Under the pieces are notes generated by a model. It saw nothing but the letters and a program-made list of their open reading frames with translations. It was not told the origin of the DNA and ran no database searches. Below, in pieces: positions 11,359 through 23,633 of a stretch of DNA of 64,000 bases. Source of the DNA: an uncultured Hyphomicrobiales bacterium (GTDB lineage Bacteria > Pseudomonadota > Alphaproteobacteria > Rhizobiales > Xanthobacteraceae); the NCBI GenBank assembly GCA_903839845.1, contig CAIMEA010000079.1:4189-68188 (forward strand), given 5' to 3'. The first letter of the stretch is position 1. Each line of letters starts with the position of its first letter. The position numbers and the translations under genes were made by a program.

Positions 11359-12075
11359 CTAGTGCGACGCGAAGCGATGCGCCAGAAACGTCTTGACGAA
11401 ATCGCGCATCATCGGGTCGAAGTCGGCAGTCGAGCGCGCAATGCGAATGTCGCTGAGTTCAGGTTGACGTTCGCGCGCCAATGTTTCGAAAATTTTCGTC
11501 CGCAACCTGTCGGCTAGGAGCGGCGAGCGCAGCACCTTGATGGCGCAAATCAGTTCTGCATCAATGACAACGCTCCAACCCGGCTCCGCTTCAAGGGATT
11601 CAGCTTCAAGCCCGGTTTCTTCCCGCAGTTCGCGCCGCACACTGAATTCAAAATCGACTTTTCCGCCCTCGGCAATGTCGTCGCGGTCCGGCGTGCCGCA
11701 TGGGAAATAGATCTGACCGGCATTGTAGGTGTGGTTCCCCATCACGCCGAGAAGAAATGCTCCGTCGGCCGATTGGATCGCCGCTGCGCCGAAGCAATCG
11801 TAGATGCCGGCGTCGGGCCGACCCCAGCGTTGCCAGGCAACGAAGGAAGCATAATCGGTTTCCAGAAATGAGCCGCGCATCACGCCGCCCTCGATCGCGT
11901 AGCGATGCATCAGCAATACTTTGCCATTAAACAGCGCCGGCTTCTCCCGCCGCAGTTCGGCAAACAGCGCATCGATTTCGGCGCGACGCTCGCGGGAAAA
12001 CGCCCAGACTGTGGCGTCCAAATCGAGTTCGAGGCGCGTGACCTGAAGAACCTTCGGGACGCTGTCGTTGCTCAT
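11359..12075 (-). CDS. NUDIX hydrolase
   Basis: Nudix box core RRELREETGL; ATGA overlap with upstream phzF-like gene. Confidence 0.8.
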   Translation of the reverse strand: MSNDSVPKVLQVTRLELDLDATVWAFSRERRAEIDALFAELRREKPALFNGKVLLMHRYAIEGGVMRGSFLETDYASFVAWQRWGRPDAGIYDCFGAAAIQSADGAFLLGVMGNHTYNAGQIYFPCGTPDRDDIAEGGKVDFEFSVRRELREETGLEAESLEAEPGWSVVIDAELICAIKVLRSPLLADRLRTKIFETLARERQPELSDIRIARSTADFDPMMRDFVKTFLAHRFASH

Positions 12076-12968
12076 GCCTCGATCACACCTTCGGTGACGA
12101 CGATGGCATCGCCGCCGATCGACGCAGACGTCAGAGCGCCATTGGCCATGGCGATCGTCAAGTTCATCAAGCTCGGCCGGCCCATCTCATACCCCTGTTC
12201 AATGACCAGCCTGTGCTCGCCATCGGCCGGCTTGCGATGCGCGGCATGAAGGCCGGCGAAAGCGGCCACCGCGCTGCCGGTCGCCGGATCTTCCGGAATA
12301 CCGTTCGCCGGCGCAAACATGCGGGCGTGCAGATGATGCCCCGGCGCGGCCGTTTCGGTGCAGATGACATAAACCATGGCCGGGCCGCCAATGCCGAACA
12401 CCCTCTCGAACGTCGCGGCATCGGGCCTGGCGCGCGCCAGCGCCGCCAACGAACGCACCGGCACAAACGTATAGGCAACGCCACCGGACCAGCGCGCCGG
12501 CGGATAATCGCCACCGATATCGCTCGCGTTCAAACCAAGCGCCTGCGCCATGGCCGCCGTGCCCGGCACCTGACCGACATCGGCCGGCAATCGCGGCAAC
12601 TGGAACTCGGCCCAGCCACTGTCGGCGTCATGCGCCTGCGCGTTGCAGGAGACCGGACCGATTTTTTCCTCCAGCACAAAACTCTGCCGTCCGGCGCCGC
12701 CGGCCAGCCGCACCAGACCAACCGCCGCACCGACCGTCGGGTGGCCGGCAAACGGCAATTCCGCCGCCGGCGTGAAAATACGCAGCCGCGCTTGATGCGC
12801 GGGGCTTTCCGGCGGCAGCACGAACACGGTTTCCGGATGGCTGAATTCACGCGCGATCGTTTGCATCGCGGCGGTGTCGAGGCCTTCCGCGTCCAGCACC
12901 AGCGCCAGCGGATTGCCGCCAAAGCGCGTGCGCGTGAACACGTCGAGCGTCATGAATTTTCTGCGCAT
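12072..12968 (-). CDS. PhzF family (diaminopimelate-epimerase-like) isomerase
   Basis: LDVFT...GGNPLA, ELPFAGHPTVG, EDPATGSA, IEQGYEMGRPS. Confidence 0.9.
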   Translation of the reverse strand: MRRKFMTLDVFTRTRFGGNPLALVLDAEGLDTAAMQTIAREFSHPETVFVLPPESPAHQARLRIFTPAAELPFAGHPTVGAAVGLVRLAGGAGRQSFVLEEKIGPVSCNAQAHDADSGWAEFQLPRLPADVGQVPGTAAMAQALGLNASDIGGDYPPARWSGGVAYTFVPVRSLAALARARPDAATFERVFGIGGPAMVYVICTETAAPGHHLHARMFAPANGIPEDPATGSAVAAFAGLHAAHRKPADGEHRLVIEQGYEMGRPSLMNLTIAMANGALTSASIGGDAIVVTEGVIEA

Positions 12969-13847
12969 CTACAGCACCTTCTCCGGCCCGGTCGCTTCGC
13001 TCAACCGTTCGGCTTCGAACACGCGGCCCGGATTGACGATCTCGTCCTGCTCCGTCACCACCTGAATCTCTCGGCAACCGGCTTCTGCCGTTTTGGCCAG
13101 TACGCCGAAGATCGCAGAGCCGGCGCGCGCCAGCGCTTCGTCGATTTTTCCCTGCCGCAGATAATGCGCGAAGAACAGGGCGGCAATGGCGTCGCCGGCG
13201 CCGCTCGCCGCCACATCGAGTTTCGGCGTGCGCAGACGAAATAGACCGGTCTCGTCCGATGCCAGCATGTCGAGATGCCCGTCCGGCGTCTCTGCCGTAT
13301 GCACCGAAGTCACCAGCACGGCGCGCGGCCCTAGATCATGCAGCGCCTTGATGGCGTCGCGCGCCTGCTCGAGCGTTGTCGAGCCGCGTCCGGACAGATA
13401 ATCCAGTTCGAACTGATTGGGCGTTACGATGTCGGCAAGTGGTAATGCCTTGGTCTTGATGAGTTCAGGAATGCCCTTAGCGACAAACACGCCCTTGTCG
13501 ACATCGCCGATGACGGGATCGCAACAATAGCGCGCCGACGGATTGGCCTTGCGCACCGTCGCTACCGCATCGAGAATCGCGGAGCCAATCTGGGCGTCGC
13601 CCAAATAGCCGGACAGCAGACCATCGCATTCGCCGAGCACGCCGCGCGCCTCAATGCCGGCGATGAGGTCGCGGATCAGCGGCGCGCCGAACACCTGGCC
13701 TTTGAAGTCGCCATAGCCGGTGTGATTGGAGAATTGCACAGTATGGATCGGCCACACCTCAACGCCCATGCGTTGCAATGGGAACACCGCCGCCGAATTA
13801 CCGACATGGCCGTAAGCGACATGCGACTGGATCGAGATGAGGTTCAT
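12969..13847 (-). CDS. pdxY: Pyridoxal kinase PdxY
   Basis: [49 protein letters not shown]. Confidence 0.92.
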   Translation of the reverse strand: MNLISIQSHVAYGHVGNSAAVFPLQRMGVEVWPIHTVQFSNHTGYGDFKGQVFGAPLIRDLIAGIEARGVLGECDGLLSGYLGDAQIGSAILDAVATVRKANPSARYCCDPVIGDVDKGVFVAKGIPELIKTKALPLADIVTPNQFELDYLSGRGSTTLEQARDAIKALHDLGPRAVLVTSVHTAETPDGHLDMLASDETGLFRLRTPKLDVAASGAGDAIAALFFAHYLRQGKIDEALARAGSAIFGVLAKTAEAGCREIQVVTEQDEIVNPGRVFEAERLSEATGPEKVL

Positions 13848-13920
13848 AACCTTGACCGTAACAGAAACGGCGGGGTTTGACCCCCGCCGTGTCGTTGATG
13901 GATCGTATCGAAACGATTGA

Positions 13921-14961
13921 TCAATTCGTCTTCTTCGCCGCCTCGACGAACTTGTTGGTGTAGGTTTTGGTCACGTCGATATTGGCCTTGGCAACCACTT
14001 CCGAACCGCCACTGAACACGGCAAGCACCGCCTGCGCGCCCTTCGGGTCCATCAGGCCGGTGGTCGAATACATCGGGATGGTGTTCTTCAAGGCCGCCAG
14101 ATAGCCGGCCTTGTCCGGGCCGACGAGATTTTCCGGCATCTTGGCCATGATCTCTTCCGGCGTATGCGAATGAATCCAGGTCAGCGTGTTGACCATCGCA
14201 TTGGTCAGACCCTGGACTTCCTTCGGATGCTTCTCGATCCAGTCGGCCTTGGTGTAGAGCGCGCCGCCGGGATAATCGCCGCCGAACACCGCCTGCGTAT
14301 CCTTCTGCGTCCGGGTATCGCTTAAAATCTTGAGGTCCTTGTACTTGCCTTGCAGCACGGTGACGGACGGATCGAGCATCACCGCCGCGTCGATCTCGCC
14401 CTGTTCCATGGCTGCGACCGCGGTGGCGCCAAGACCGACGCCGATGACGGCGGCCGAAGTCGGGTCCGCGCCTTCCTTCTTCAGCAAATATTTCAGGAAG
14501 AAGTCGGTCGACGAACCCGGCGCGCTGACGCCGACCTTCTTGCCGACGAGATCCTTGATCGATTTGATTTCGGCGGTGTGCTTGGGCGACACAACGAGCA
14601 CCAGGCCGGGATAACGGTCATAGGTGACGAAGGCGACCAAGGGCTGGTTCTTCGCGGCCAGATTGACGCAATGGTCGAAATAGCCGGAGACGACATCGGC
14701 GCTGCCGCCGATCACCGCGGTCAGCGATTGCGAACCGCCCTTGAAGTCGACCAGATCGGCGTCGATGCCGGCCTTTTTATATTCGCCGAGTTGCTCGGCC
14801 AGAACGGTCGGCAAATAGCACAGGCAGGCGGAGCCGCCGATCGCGATCGTCACCTTTGACTGCGCCTGCGCCAGGCCGGTCATCAGGCCAGCCAACAAGA
14901 CCAAAGCGGCCAGCGCCGCGGTCAATCGGCGGAATATCGTGGGCAAATCCCGAGTGAGCAT
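13921..14961 (-). CDS. ABC transporter substrate-binding protein (NitT/TauT/NMT1-like)
   Basis: Signal peptide, CLCYLPTVLA, GVSAPGSSTDF; RBS GGAGG before ATG 14961; same operon as permease and ATPase. Confidence 0.85.
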   Translation of the reverse strand: MLTRDLPTIFRRLTAALAALVLLAGLMTGLAQAQSKVTIAIGGSACLCYLPTVLAEQLGEYKKAGIDADLVDFKGGSQSLTAVIGGSADVVSGYFDHCVNLAAKNQPLVAFVTYDRYPGLVLVVSPKHTAEIKSIKDLVGKKVGVSAPGSSTDFFLKYLLKKEGADPTSAAVIGVGLGATAVAAMEQGEIDAAVMLDPSVTVLQGKYKDLKILSDTRTQKDTQAVFGGDYPGGALYTKADWIEKHPKEVQGLTNAMVNTLTWIHSHTPEEIMAKMPENLVGPDKAGYLAALKNTIPMYSTTGLMDPKGAQAVLAVFSGGSEVVAKANIDVTKTYTNKFVEAAKKTN

Positions 14962-15075
14962 GTTTTCCTCCCTGTTTTTGGGCTTGCTGGCCTCAACGGG
15001 CCGTTTCGAGCGGCAAGATAGGCCAGCGCTAACGCATTGCCTAGGCCCATCGCCCAGACCCATAACGCTAGGGTT

Positions 15076-15867
15076 TTATGGCCGCGCGTCGCCCACTACC
15101 GGCCGCCAGACCAGCAGGCGCTTTTCGATGGAGGTGACGACAATGTCGATGGCGATCACAAACGCCGCCAGCACGAACATGCCGGCGAAGACACCGGCGA
15201 CGTCGAACACGCCTTCGGCCTGCTGGATCAGATAGCCGAGCCCTGCGGCGGAGCCGAGATATTCGCCGACCACCGCGCCGACCACGGCGAAGCCGACCGA
15301 CGTGTGCAGGGACGAGAACATCCACGACAGCGCCGACGGCCAGTAGACATGACGCATCAGTTGCCGCTCGTTCATGCCGAGCATGCGCGCGTTGGCGAGC
15401 ACGGTCGGCGAGACTTCCTTGACGCCCTGATAGACGTTGAAGAAAACGATGAAGAACACAAGCGTGATGCCGAGCGCGACCTTCGACCAGATCCCGAGGC
15501 CGAACCACAGAGTGAAGATCGGCGCCAGCACGACGCGCGGCAGCGCATTGGCCATCTTGACGTAAGGGTCAAACACCGCGGCGGTGCGCGGCTGGCGCGC
15601 GAACCAGAAACCGACCAAGACGCCGCCGACCGAACCGATGGCGAAAGCGAGCATTGCTTCCATCAGAGTGACGTAGAGATGCTTCCAGATCACGCCGGTG
15701 GCGAACCATTTGACGATCTGCTGCGCGACATCGAGCGGGTTGGAAAAGAAGAACGGCGGCAGCAGCATCTTGCCGAATACCGGATAGGTCGTGAACATAT
15801 GCCAGATGCCGAGCGACACGACGGCGACCAGTATCTGCAAGAGGGTGAGCTTGAGACGCGACATCAC
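15076..15867 (-). CDS. ABC transporter permease (NitT/TauT family)
   Basis: Hydrophobic; ANARMLGMNE EAA-like loop; GAVVGEYLGSAAGLG. Confidence 0.88.
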   Translation of the reverse strand: MMSRLKLTLLQILVAVVSLGIWHMFTTYPVFGKMLLPPFFFSNPLDVAQQIVKWFATGVIWKHLYVTLMEAMLAFAIGSVGGVLVGFWFARQPRTAAVFDPYVKMANALPRVVLAPIFTLWFGLGIWSKVALGITLVFFIVFFNVYQGVKEVSPTVLANARMLGMNERQLMRHVYWPSALSWMFSSLHTSVGFAVVGAVVGEYLGSAAGLGYLIQQAEGVFDVAGVFAGMFVLAAFVIAIDIVVTSIEKRLLVWRPVVGDARP

Positions 15868-16703
15868 CGGCCCTCCGTCTGCGCGTAGCCTTTGATGACT
15901 TCCGATTTGAGCATCTGCCAGATTTCACGATGCAGTTCGTGAAACGCCGGATCGAGTTTGATTTCGGCGATATCGCGGGGTCGCGACAGCTTCACCCGCC
16001 AGTCGCCGATGATGCGCGCCGCCGGCCCCGCCGACATGATGACGACGCGGTCGGACAAAGCGATGGCTTCTTCAAGATCGTGGGTGACGAACAGCACCGC
16101 CTTGCGGTCGGCGTTCCACAGATCGAGCAGCAGATTGCCCATGATCTGCCGCGTCTGGGCATCGAGCGGACCGAAAGGTTCGTCCATCAGGAGGATTTTC
16201 GGATCGCGGATCAGCACCTGCGCAAGTCCAATGCGCTTGCGCTGGCCGCCCGAAAGCATGTGCGGATAGCGGTCTCCGAACGAGCCGAGGCCGACGCGCG
16301 AAAGCCAATCGGCGGCGCGAGCGCGCGCCTCAGCCTGCGGCGTGCCGGCGGTTTCCAGGCCGATGGCGACGTTCTCGAGCGCGGTCTTCCAGGGAAACAG
16401 CGCATCGGCCTGAAACAGGTAGCCGGCCTGGCGGTTGAGCGAAGCAAGCGTCGCCCCGAAAATGTCGACATGCCCAGCGGCCGGCGCCAGCAGTCCGGCG
16501 GCGATGTTCAGCAGCGTGGATTTTCCGCAGCCGGTCGGCCCGACGATGGAGACGAATTCGCCGTCGGCGACGTTCAGCGTGGCATTGGCGACCGCGCGAT
16601 AGACCCCGCCGTCCGCCAGGCGAAAAGCGACATCGACGCCGTTGAGCGCAATGGCAGCCTCGGTTGTGATTGCCGGCGCGCTTGCCGCTGCGGTCTCAGC
16701 CAT
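15864..16703 (-). CDS. ABC transporter ATPase (NitT/TauT family)
   Basis: GPTGCGKST, LSGGQRKR, LLMDEPFGPLD. Confidence 0.92.
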   Translation of the reverse strand: MAETAAASAPAITTEAAIALNGVDVAFRLADGGVYRAVANATLNVADGEFVSIVGPTGCGKSTLLNIAAGLLAPAAGHVDIFGATLASLNRQAGYLFQADALFPWKTALENVAIGLETAGTPQAEARARAADWLSRVGLGSFGDRYPHMLSGGQRKRIGLAQVLIRDPKILLMDEPFGPLDAQTRQIMGNLLLDLWNADRKAVLFVTHDLEEAIALSDRVVIMSAGPAARIIGDWRVKLSRPRDIAEIKLDPAFHELHREIWQMLKSEVIKGYAQTEGR

Positions 16704-16770
16704 CGTGGGTCCCCTTCGGGGCGCAAACTAGCCATTTGCAGGGGCAATGCAAACCGGGTGCGGGCGTGGC

Positions 16771-18330
16771 ATGATCGCCGCGATGATCAGCGATCCGCGC
16801 CTTGCCGAAGCTTTTGCCCGCCTGCCCGACTATCTCGGCAGCCATGTGCTGGTCAGCCTCACCGCGCTTGGGCTGGGCTTAAGCATCAGTCTGCCGCTGG
16901 CGATCGCCTCGACGCGGCGGCCCTGGCTGCGCCGTTCGTTGCTTGGCGCGGCAAGCGTCGTCCAGACCATCCCGGGAATTGCGTTGCTGGCGCTGTTCTA
17001 TCCGCTGCTGCTGGCGCTGGCAGCGCTGTCGGAACGTGTCTTCGGCGCGGGTTTCTCGGCACTCGGGTTCCTGCCGGCCATGCTGGCGCTGGCGCTTTAT
17101 TCGATGCTGCCGGTGTTGCGCAATACGGTCACCGGCCTTGCCGGCGTCGATCCGCGCATGCGCGACGCCGCGCGCGTCCTCGGCGCCACGAGAACCGAGG
17201 TGCTGCGCCAGATCGAACTGCCGCTGGCCATGCCGGTCATCATGGCCGGTGTCCGCACATCCGCCGTGTGGGTCATCGGCACCGCGACTTTGGCGACACC
17301 CATCGGGCAGACCAGCCTCGGCAATTATATCTTCGCCGGGCTGCAAACGCAGAATTGGGTCTCGGTGGTCTTCGGCTGCGCCGCCGCCGCGCTGCTGGCG
17401 CTCTCGGTCGATGCGCTGCTGGCGCAGATGGAACAGGGCGTGCGGCTGCGCAGCGTGGGCCGGGTCTGGTCAGGCGGCATCGGCTTGGCGCTGATCGCTT
17501 TGGTGGCGCTGGCGCCGACCATGGCGTCGACGCACGCCGCCTATGTCATCGGCACCAAGAGCTTCACCGAGCAGTATGTCCTCGGCGCGCTGATGCAGCA
17601 GCGTTTGACCGAAGCCGGCCTCACCAGCGACCGGCGCGACGGCCTTGGCTCGGCGGTGATCTTCCAGGCGCTGGTCGCCGGCGACATCGATGTCTATGTC
17701 GATTATTCCGGCACAATCTGGGCGAACTCTATGAATCGCAAGGACGTCAAGCCGCGCGATGCTGTGCTCAATGACGTCGCGCTTTGGCTGAAGACAACCC
17801 ACGGCATCCGGATGCTCGGCAGCCTCGGCTTCGAGAACGCCTATGCGCTGGCCATGCCGCACAAGAAGGCGGATGCGCTGGGCATTGCCACCATCGCCGA
17901 TCTCGCCCGCCATTCGCGTGAGATGACCATCGGCGGCGATTACGAATTCTTCGACCGTCCGGAATGGAAGGCGATCCGCGATGCCTATGGCCTCGCCTTC
18001 AAGAACCAGCGCTCGATGCAGCCCGAGTTCATGTACCCCGCCGCCGCCAATGGCGAACTCGATGTCGTCTCGGCCTTTTCCAGCGACGGCCAGATTGCGC
18101 AATATGATCTGAAAGTTCTCACCGATCCGAAGCAGTCGATCCCGCCCTATGACGCGATCCTGCTAATCGGGCCGAAACGCGCCAATGACGAGAGACTCGC
18201 CGCCGCGCTCCAGCCGCTGATCGGCGCGATCCCGGTTGAAACGATGCAAGCGGCGAATTTGCGCGGCTCGGCGACGGCGACATCGCCGGGAGAGGTGGCG
18301 CGCTGGCTGTGGAGCAAACTCCACAAATAA
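16771..18330 (+). CDS. Fused ABC permease/substrate-binding protein (OpuBC/OsmF quaternary-amine family)
   Basis: N-terminal TM domain (IELPLAMPVIMAGVRTS), C-terminal SBP (IGTKSFTEQYVL, VYVDYSGT, LGFENAYALA, PPYDAIL). Start uncertain (16747/16771/16783). Confidence 0.85.
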   Translation: MIAAMISDPRLAEAFARLPDYLGSHVLVSLTALGLGLSISLPLAIASTRRPWLRRSLLGAASVVQTIPGIALLALFYPLLLALAALSERVFGAGFSALGFLPAMLALALYSMLPVLRNTVTGLAGVDPRMRDAARVLGATRTEVLRQIELPLAMPVIMAGVRTSAVWVIGTATLATPIGQTSLGNYIFAGLQTQNWVSVVFGCAAAALLALSVDALLAQMEQGVRLRSVGRVWSGGIGLALIALVALAPTMASTHAAYVIGTKSFTEQYVLGALMQQRLTEAGLTSDRRDGLGSAVIFQALVAGDIDVYVDYSGTIWANSMNRKDVKPRDAVLNDVALWLKTTHGIRMLGSLGFENAYALAMPHKKADALGIATIADLARHSREMTIGGDYEFFDRPEWKAIRDAYGLAFKNQRSMQPEFMYPAAANGELDVVSAFSSDGQIAQYDLKVLTDPKQSIPPYDAILLIGPKRANDERLAAALQPLIGAIPVETMQAANLRGSATATSPGEVARWLWSKLHK

Positions 18331-18357
18331 AAAGGCCCGCATCGCTGCGGGCCCTTT
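18331..18357. terminator. Bidirectional terminator between the OpuBC-like gene and ilvC
   Basis: AAA GGCCCGCA TCGC TGCGGGCC CTTT between convergent stops. Confidence 0.75.
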
Positions 18358-18376
18358 CAACGTGAATGTGCGTCGC

Positions 18377-19483
<1,107 letters not shown>

Positions 19484-19565
19484 CTAAGGCGGTTAGGCGT
19501 GCGGGACAAGCCCGGACGCCGCCCTAAAGGGGGCCCAAATCGGCGTGCGCGGCGGACCGGGAAAG

Positions 19566-20708
19566 CTAGGAATCGCGCGGAAAAAGCCGCCAATCCGTCG
19601 GTTTGATCGCGACACGGCCATTCCGCGACACGTCGGAATCGGCCGGGACGTCTATTTCGCAGCGGTGCCGGGCAAGCCCTACCTCCAGCTCCAGCCGCCT
19701 TATGTCGCCATGGCGGCGCGATCCGGTGACGGTGCCGACGATGCTGCCGCTTTCCTGCCCGGCGAGCCGGACATGATTGGGCCGGAAAAACAGGGTTGCC
19801 GGCCCGTCGGCATGGCCCTTGGCGTCGATCGACAAAATCCGGTCGTCGAGCGCGATGCTGCCTTTGTCGACGATGACCGGCAGCGCGCTTGAGTCGCCGA
19901 TGAAGTCGAACACGAACGGCGTTGCCGGATTGTCGTAGATATCGTCGGCTGAGCCGACCTGTTCGATCCGGCCCTGGCTCATCACCACGACGCGGTCGGC
20001 AAGCTCAAGTGCTTCTTCCTGGTCATGCGTGACGAACACCGTGGTATGGCCGGTGCGGTCGTGAATTTCGCGCAGCCAGCGGCGCAGCTCCTTGCGCACC
20101 TTGGCATCGAGCGCGCCGAACGGCTCGTCGAGCAGCAATACGCCCGGCTCGATCGCCAGCGCGCGGGCAAAAGCAACCCGCTGGCGCTGGCCGCCGGACA
20201 ACTGACCGGGGAATCGCTTCTCCAGTCCATTGAGCTGCACAAGATCGAGCAGCGTCATCACCCGTTGGCGGATCGATGCTTCGCTCGGTCGCGTCGCACG
20301 CGGCCGCACTCGCAGGCCGAAGGCAATGTTCTCGAACACCGACATATGTTTGAACAACGCATAATTCTGGAACACGAAGCCGACATTGCGCTCCTGCACG
20401 GACTTCGACGACGCGTCCTCGGCGCCGAACAGCACGCGGCCGGAATTGGGAAAGTCGAGGCCGGCGATCAGGCGCAGCAAGGTCGTCTTGCCGGAGCCCG
20501 ACGGTCCGACCAGAGCGATCAGTTCGCCACTGGCAATCTCAAGCGAGACGCCGTGCAGGGCCGGCGTCGCCCCGAACGCCTTCGTTAGATTCTCGACCGT
20601 CACATTCATGGTTTTGACACGCAGTCTTTCATCGACGAACGGGGCCACGAGCGAAAGGTTCGCCTCGATATAATCGGTGTCCCTGCGGAATTGCGCAAGC
20701 GCGGTCAT
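19566..20708 (-). CDS. cysA: Sulfate ABC transporter ATPase
   Basis: [32 protein letters not shown]-like C-terminus; RBS AGGA before ATG 20708 (alternative start 20609). Confidence 0.93.
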   Translation of the reverse strand: MTALAQFRRDTDYIEANLSLVAPFVDERLRVKTMNVTVENLTKAFGATPALHGVSLEIASGELIALVGPSGSGKTTLLRLIAGLDFPNSGRVLFGAEDASSKSVQERNVGFVFQNYALFKHMSVFENIAFGLRVRPRATRPSEASIRQRVMTLLDLVQLNGLEKRFPGQLSGGQRQRVAFARALAIEPGVLLLDEPFGALDAKVRKELRRWLREIHDRTGHTTVFVTHDQEEALELADRVVVMSQGRIEQVGSADDIYDNPATPFVFDFIGDSSALPVIVDKGSIALDDRILSIDAKGHADGPATLFFRPNHVRLAGQESGSIVGTVTGSRRHGDIRRLELEVGLARHRCEIDVPADSDVSRNGRVAIKPTDWRLFPRDS

Positions 20709-20720
20709 GGTATCGGTTCC

Positions 20721-21605
20721 TTATCGGGGGCCGTTGGCCAATTCATCGCTGAAGCGCCATTCGAGCAGCGTTTTAACGATCAACGTGACCAGCGCGAGCA
20801 ACGCCAGCAGCGAAGCGACGGCGAATGCCGCCACCCATTGATAATCGTTGTAGAGAATCTCGATATGCAGCGGCATCGTGTTGGTCAGGCCACGGATGTG
20901 GCCCGACACCACCGCCACCGCGCCGAACTCGCCCATGGCGCGCGCGTTGCACAGCAGGACGCCATACATCAGGCCCCATTTCACATTGGGCAGAGTGACG
21001 CGGCGGAAGGTCTGCCAGCCGCTGGCGCCGAGCGAGATCGCGGCTTCCTCGTCCTGCGTGCCCTGCTCTTCCATCAGCGGGATCAATTCGCGCGCCACGA
21101 ACGGGAAGGTGACGAAGATCGTCGCCAGCACAATGCCGGGAATGGCGAAAATGATCTGGATATGGTGCGCCTTCAACCAGTCGCCCAGATAACCTTGCGC
21201 GCCGAACATGATGACGTAAATCAGGCCGGCGATCACCGGCGACACCGAGAATGGCAAATCGATCAACGTGATCAGCAGAGCCTTGCCGCGGAAATCGTAC
21301 TTGGCGATCGCCCAGGCGGCGGCGACGCCGAAGATGAGATTGGCCGGCACCGCGATGGCCGCGACCAGCAAGGTCAGCAGGATAGCGTGCTGCGTATCGG
21401 AATCGGCGAAGGTCTCGAAATACTTAGCCACGCCGTTGAGGAACGCTTCGAAAAACACCACCAGCAGCGGGAAGCCGAGGAACACGCCGATAAACAACAC
21501 CGCGACGCCGATCAGAACGAGTCGCACCACCGAGACTTCGGCGGTCGGCGCGCGCCATGTTTCGGGTGGCATTGTCGCCGAGGCTGCGAGCGTTTGCTCA
21601 GACAT
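20721..21605 (-). CDS. cysW: Sulfate ABC transporter permease CysW
   Basis: [35 protein letters not shown]. Confidence 0.93.
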   Translation of the reverse strand: MSEQTLAASATMPPETWRAPTAEVSVVRLVLIGVAVLFIGVFLGFPLLVVFFEAFLNGVAKYFETFADSDTQHAILLTLLVAAIAVPANLIFGVAAAWAIAKYDFRGKALLITLIDLPFSVSPVIAGLIYVIMFGAQGYLGDWLKAHHIQIIFAIPGIVLATIFVTFPFVARELIPLMEEQGTQDEEAAISLGASGWQTFRRVTLPNVKWGLMYGVLLCNARAMGEFGAVAVVSGHIRGLTNTMPLHIEILYNDYQWVAAFAVASLLALLALVTLIVKTLLEWRFSDELANGPR

Positions 21606-22446
21606 AGCCGAACCTCCGCCGCGCCCAGACCTGGATCAGGTTGATGGCGAGGAACATGACGAAGGAAATCGCCAGCATGATCGTGGCAATCGCGGTGGCG
21701 CCGTTGTAGTCGAACTCGGTCAGCCGGATCACGATCAGAAGCGGCGCGATTTCGGTGCGGTACGGCAGATTGCCGGCGATGAATACAACCGAGCCATATT
21801 CGCCGATGCCGCGCGCCAGCGCGAGCACGAAGCCGGTCAGCAAGGCCGGCACCAAAGTCGGCAACACGACGCGGAAAATCGCCTGATGACGGCTGGCGCC
21901 TAAAGTCGCCGCCGCCTCTTCGGTCTCGCGTTCGATTTCCATGATCACCGGCTGCAAGGTGCGCACCACGAACGGCAGGCCGATAAAGGTCAGCGCGATG
22001 ACGACGCCAATCGATGTGTAGGCGACCTTGATGCCGAGCGGTTCGATATATTGGCCGACCCAGCCGTTCTTGGCGAAGATCGCCGTCAGGGCGATGCCGG
22101 CAACCGCGGTCGGCAGGGCAAAGGGCAGATCGACAATCGCATCGACCAGGCGCCGGCCGGGAAATTCGTAGCGCACCAGCACCCAGGCGACGATGATGCC
22201 GAACAAGGTATTGATCCCCGCGGCAATCAACGCCGCCCCGAAGGACAGCCGCAAGGCCGCCACGACACGCCCGTTGCTTGCAATCGCCCAGTACTCCGCC
22301 CACGACAATTGCGTCGTACGCAGGATCAACAGCGCGATCGGAATAAGCACGATCAGGCTGAGATAGACCATGAGAAAGCCGAAGGTCAGCCCGAAGCCCG
22401 GGATGACGCTCGGCTTCCGCCACGTTCCGAATGCGATCGCGGTCAT
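21598..22446 (-). CDS. cysT: Sulfate ABC transporter permease CysT
   Basis: [31 protein letters not shown]. Confidence 0.93.
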   Translation of the reverse strand: MTAIAFGTWRKPSVIPGFGLTFGFLMVYLSLIVLIPIALLILRTTQLSWAEYWAIASNGRVVAALRLSFGAALIAAGINTLFGIIVAWVLVRYEFPGRRLVDAIVDLPFALPTAVAGIALTAIFAKNGWVGQYIEPLGIKVAYTSIGVVIALTFIGLPFVVRTLQPVIMEIERETEEAAATLGASRHQAIFRVVLPTLVPALLTGFVLALARGIGEYGSVVFIAGNLPYRTEIAPLLIVIRLTEFDYNGATAIATIMLAISFVMFLAINLIQVWARRRFGYV

Positions 22447-22471
22447 GCTTGCAGCCTAATTAAACCGCGCT

Positions 22472-23470
22472 TCACTTCTTGTAAATCTGGTCGAACGTGC
22501 CGCCGTCGCCAAAGTGCTCGGGCTGCGCTTTCGCCCATCCGCCGAAGATCGGATCGTCGATGGAGACGAGAGTTACCTTCGGTAACAGCTTCACGTCCGC
22601 CGCGTCGGCCAGTTCGGGCTTGAAGGGGCGGTAGAAGTTTTTCGCCGCGATCTTTTGTCCAACCGGCGAATAAAGATATTCCAGATAGGCCTCGGCCACT
22701 TTGCGGGTGCCTTTCTTGTCGACATTCTGATCGACCACCGCGACCGGCGGTTCGGCCAGCGTTGCAATCGATGGCACGATGATTTCAAACTTTTCCGGGC
22801 CGAACTCCTTCAGTGCGAGAAAGGCTTCGTTCTCCCACGCCAGCAGCACATCGCCAATGCCGCGCTGCACGAAGGTGGTCGTCGAACCGCGGGCCCCGGT
22901 ATCCAGAACCGGCACGTTCCTGAAAAGCGCGCCGACGAACTCCTTCGCCTTGGCTTTGTCGCCGTTGAATTTATGCTCGGCGTAGGCCCAGGCGGAAAGA
23001 TAGTTCCAGCGCGCGCCGCCCGAGGTCTTCGGATTTGGCGTGATGACTTCGATGCCCGGCTTCACCAGATCGTCCCAATCCTTCACATTCTTTGGATTGC
23101 CCTTTTTCACCAGAAACACGATGGTCGAGGTGTAAGGCGAACTGTTGTTGGGCAGACGCTTGCGCCAATCCTTGGCGATTTTACCCGACTTCTCGGCAAT
23201 CGCGTCGATGTCCGACTCAAGCGCCAAGGTGACGACGTCCGCGTCCAGCCCGTCGATCACCGAACGCGCCTGGCCGCCGGAGCCGCCGTGCGATTGCTTG
23301 ATTGAAATTGTCTCGCCGGACTTTTCTTTCCAGTGCTTGATGAACTCGGCGTTGAAATCCTTGTACAGCTCGCGTGTCGGATCGTAGGACACGTTGAGCA
23401 GCGCGGTCTGCGCCTGGGCAGAGACCGCCAGCACGGTCGACAAGATCAACCCTGAAACAAGGCGTCGCAT
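22472..23470 (-). CDS. sbp: Sulfate-binding periplasmic protein
   Basis: [35 protein letters not shown]; start MRRLVSG after RBS GGAG (ORF track start 23614 is too long). Confidence 0.93.
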   Translation of the reverse strand: MRRLVSGLILSTVLAVSAQAQTALLNVSYDPTRELYKDFNAEFIKHWKEKSGETISIKQSHGGSGGQARSVIDGLDADVVTLALESDIDAIAEKSGKIAKDWRKRLPNNSSPYTSTIVFLVKKGNPKNVKDWDDLVKPGIEVITPNPKTSGGARWNYLSAWAYAEHKFNGDKAKAKEFVGALFRNVPVLDTGARGSTTTFVQRGIGDVLLAWENEAFLALKEFGPEKFEIIVPSIATLAEPPVAVVDQNVDKKGTRKVAEAYLEYLYSPVGQKIAAKNFYRPFKPELADAADVKLLPKVTLVSIDDPIFGGWAKAQPEHFGDGGTFDQIYKK

Positions 23471-23633
23471 CGTCATCTCCATCATCCGGCCCGTCGGATA
23501 ACGCTCCCGACGGGTTTTCGCACTGCGCGAATTTGATGCTCGATGTGAACTGCTTCCGCCGGACAGGTCAATTATCTTAATGTCGCCTTCTTGGCACCAT
23601 TTTACTACTAACAAGCCATCCTATAGAAATATA

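Noticed and set aside
12072-12968. Phenazine biosynthesis
   Set aside because: A lone PhzF-family gene with no phzA/B/D/E/G; the family is widespread outside phenazine producers.
23490-23515. Hairpin CCCGTCGG/CCGACGGG in the sbp 5' UTR as a riboswitch
   Set aside because: A single stem; I could not match it to SAM-II/SAM-alpha or another aptamer consensus.
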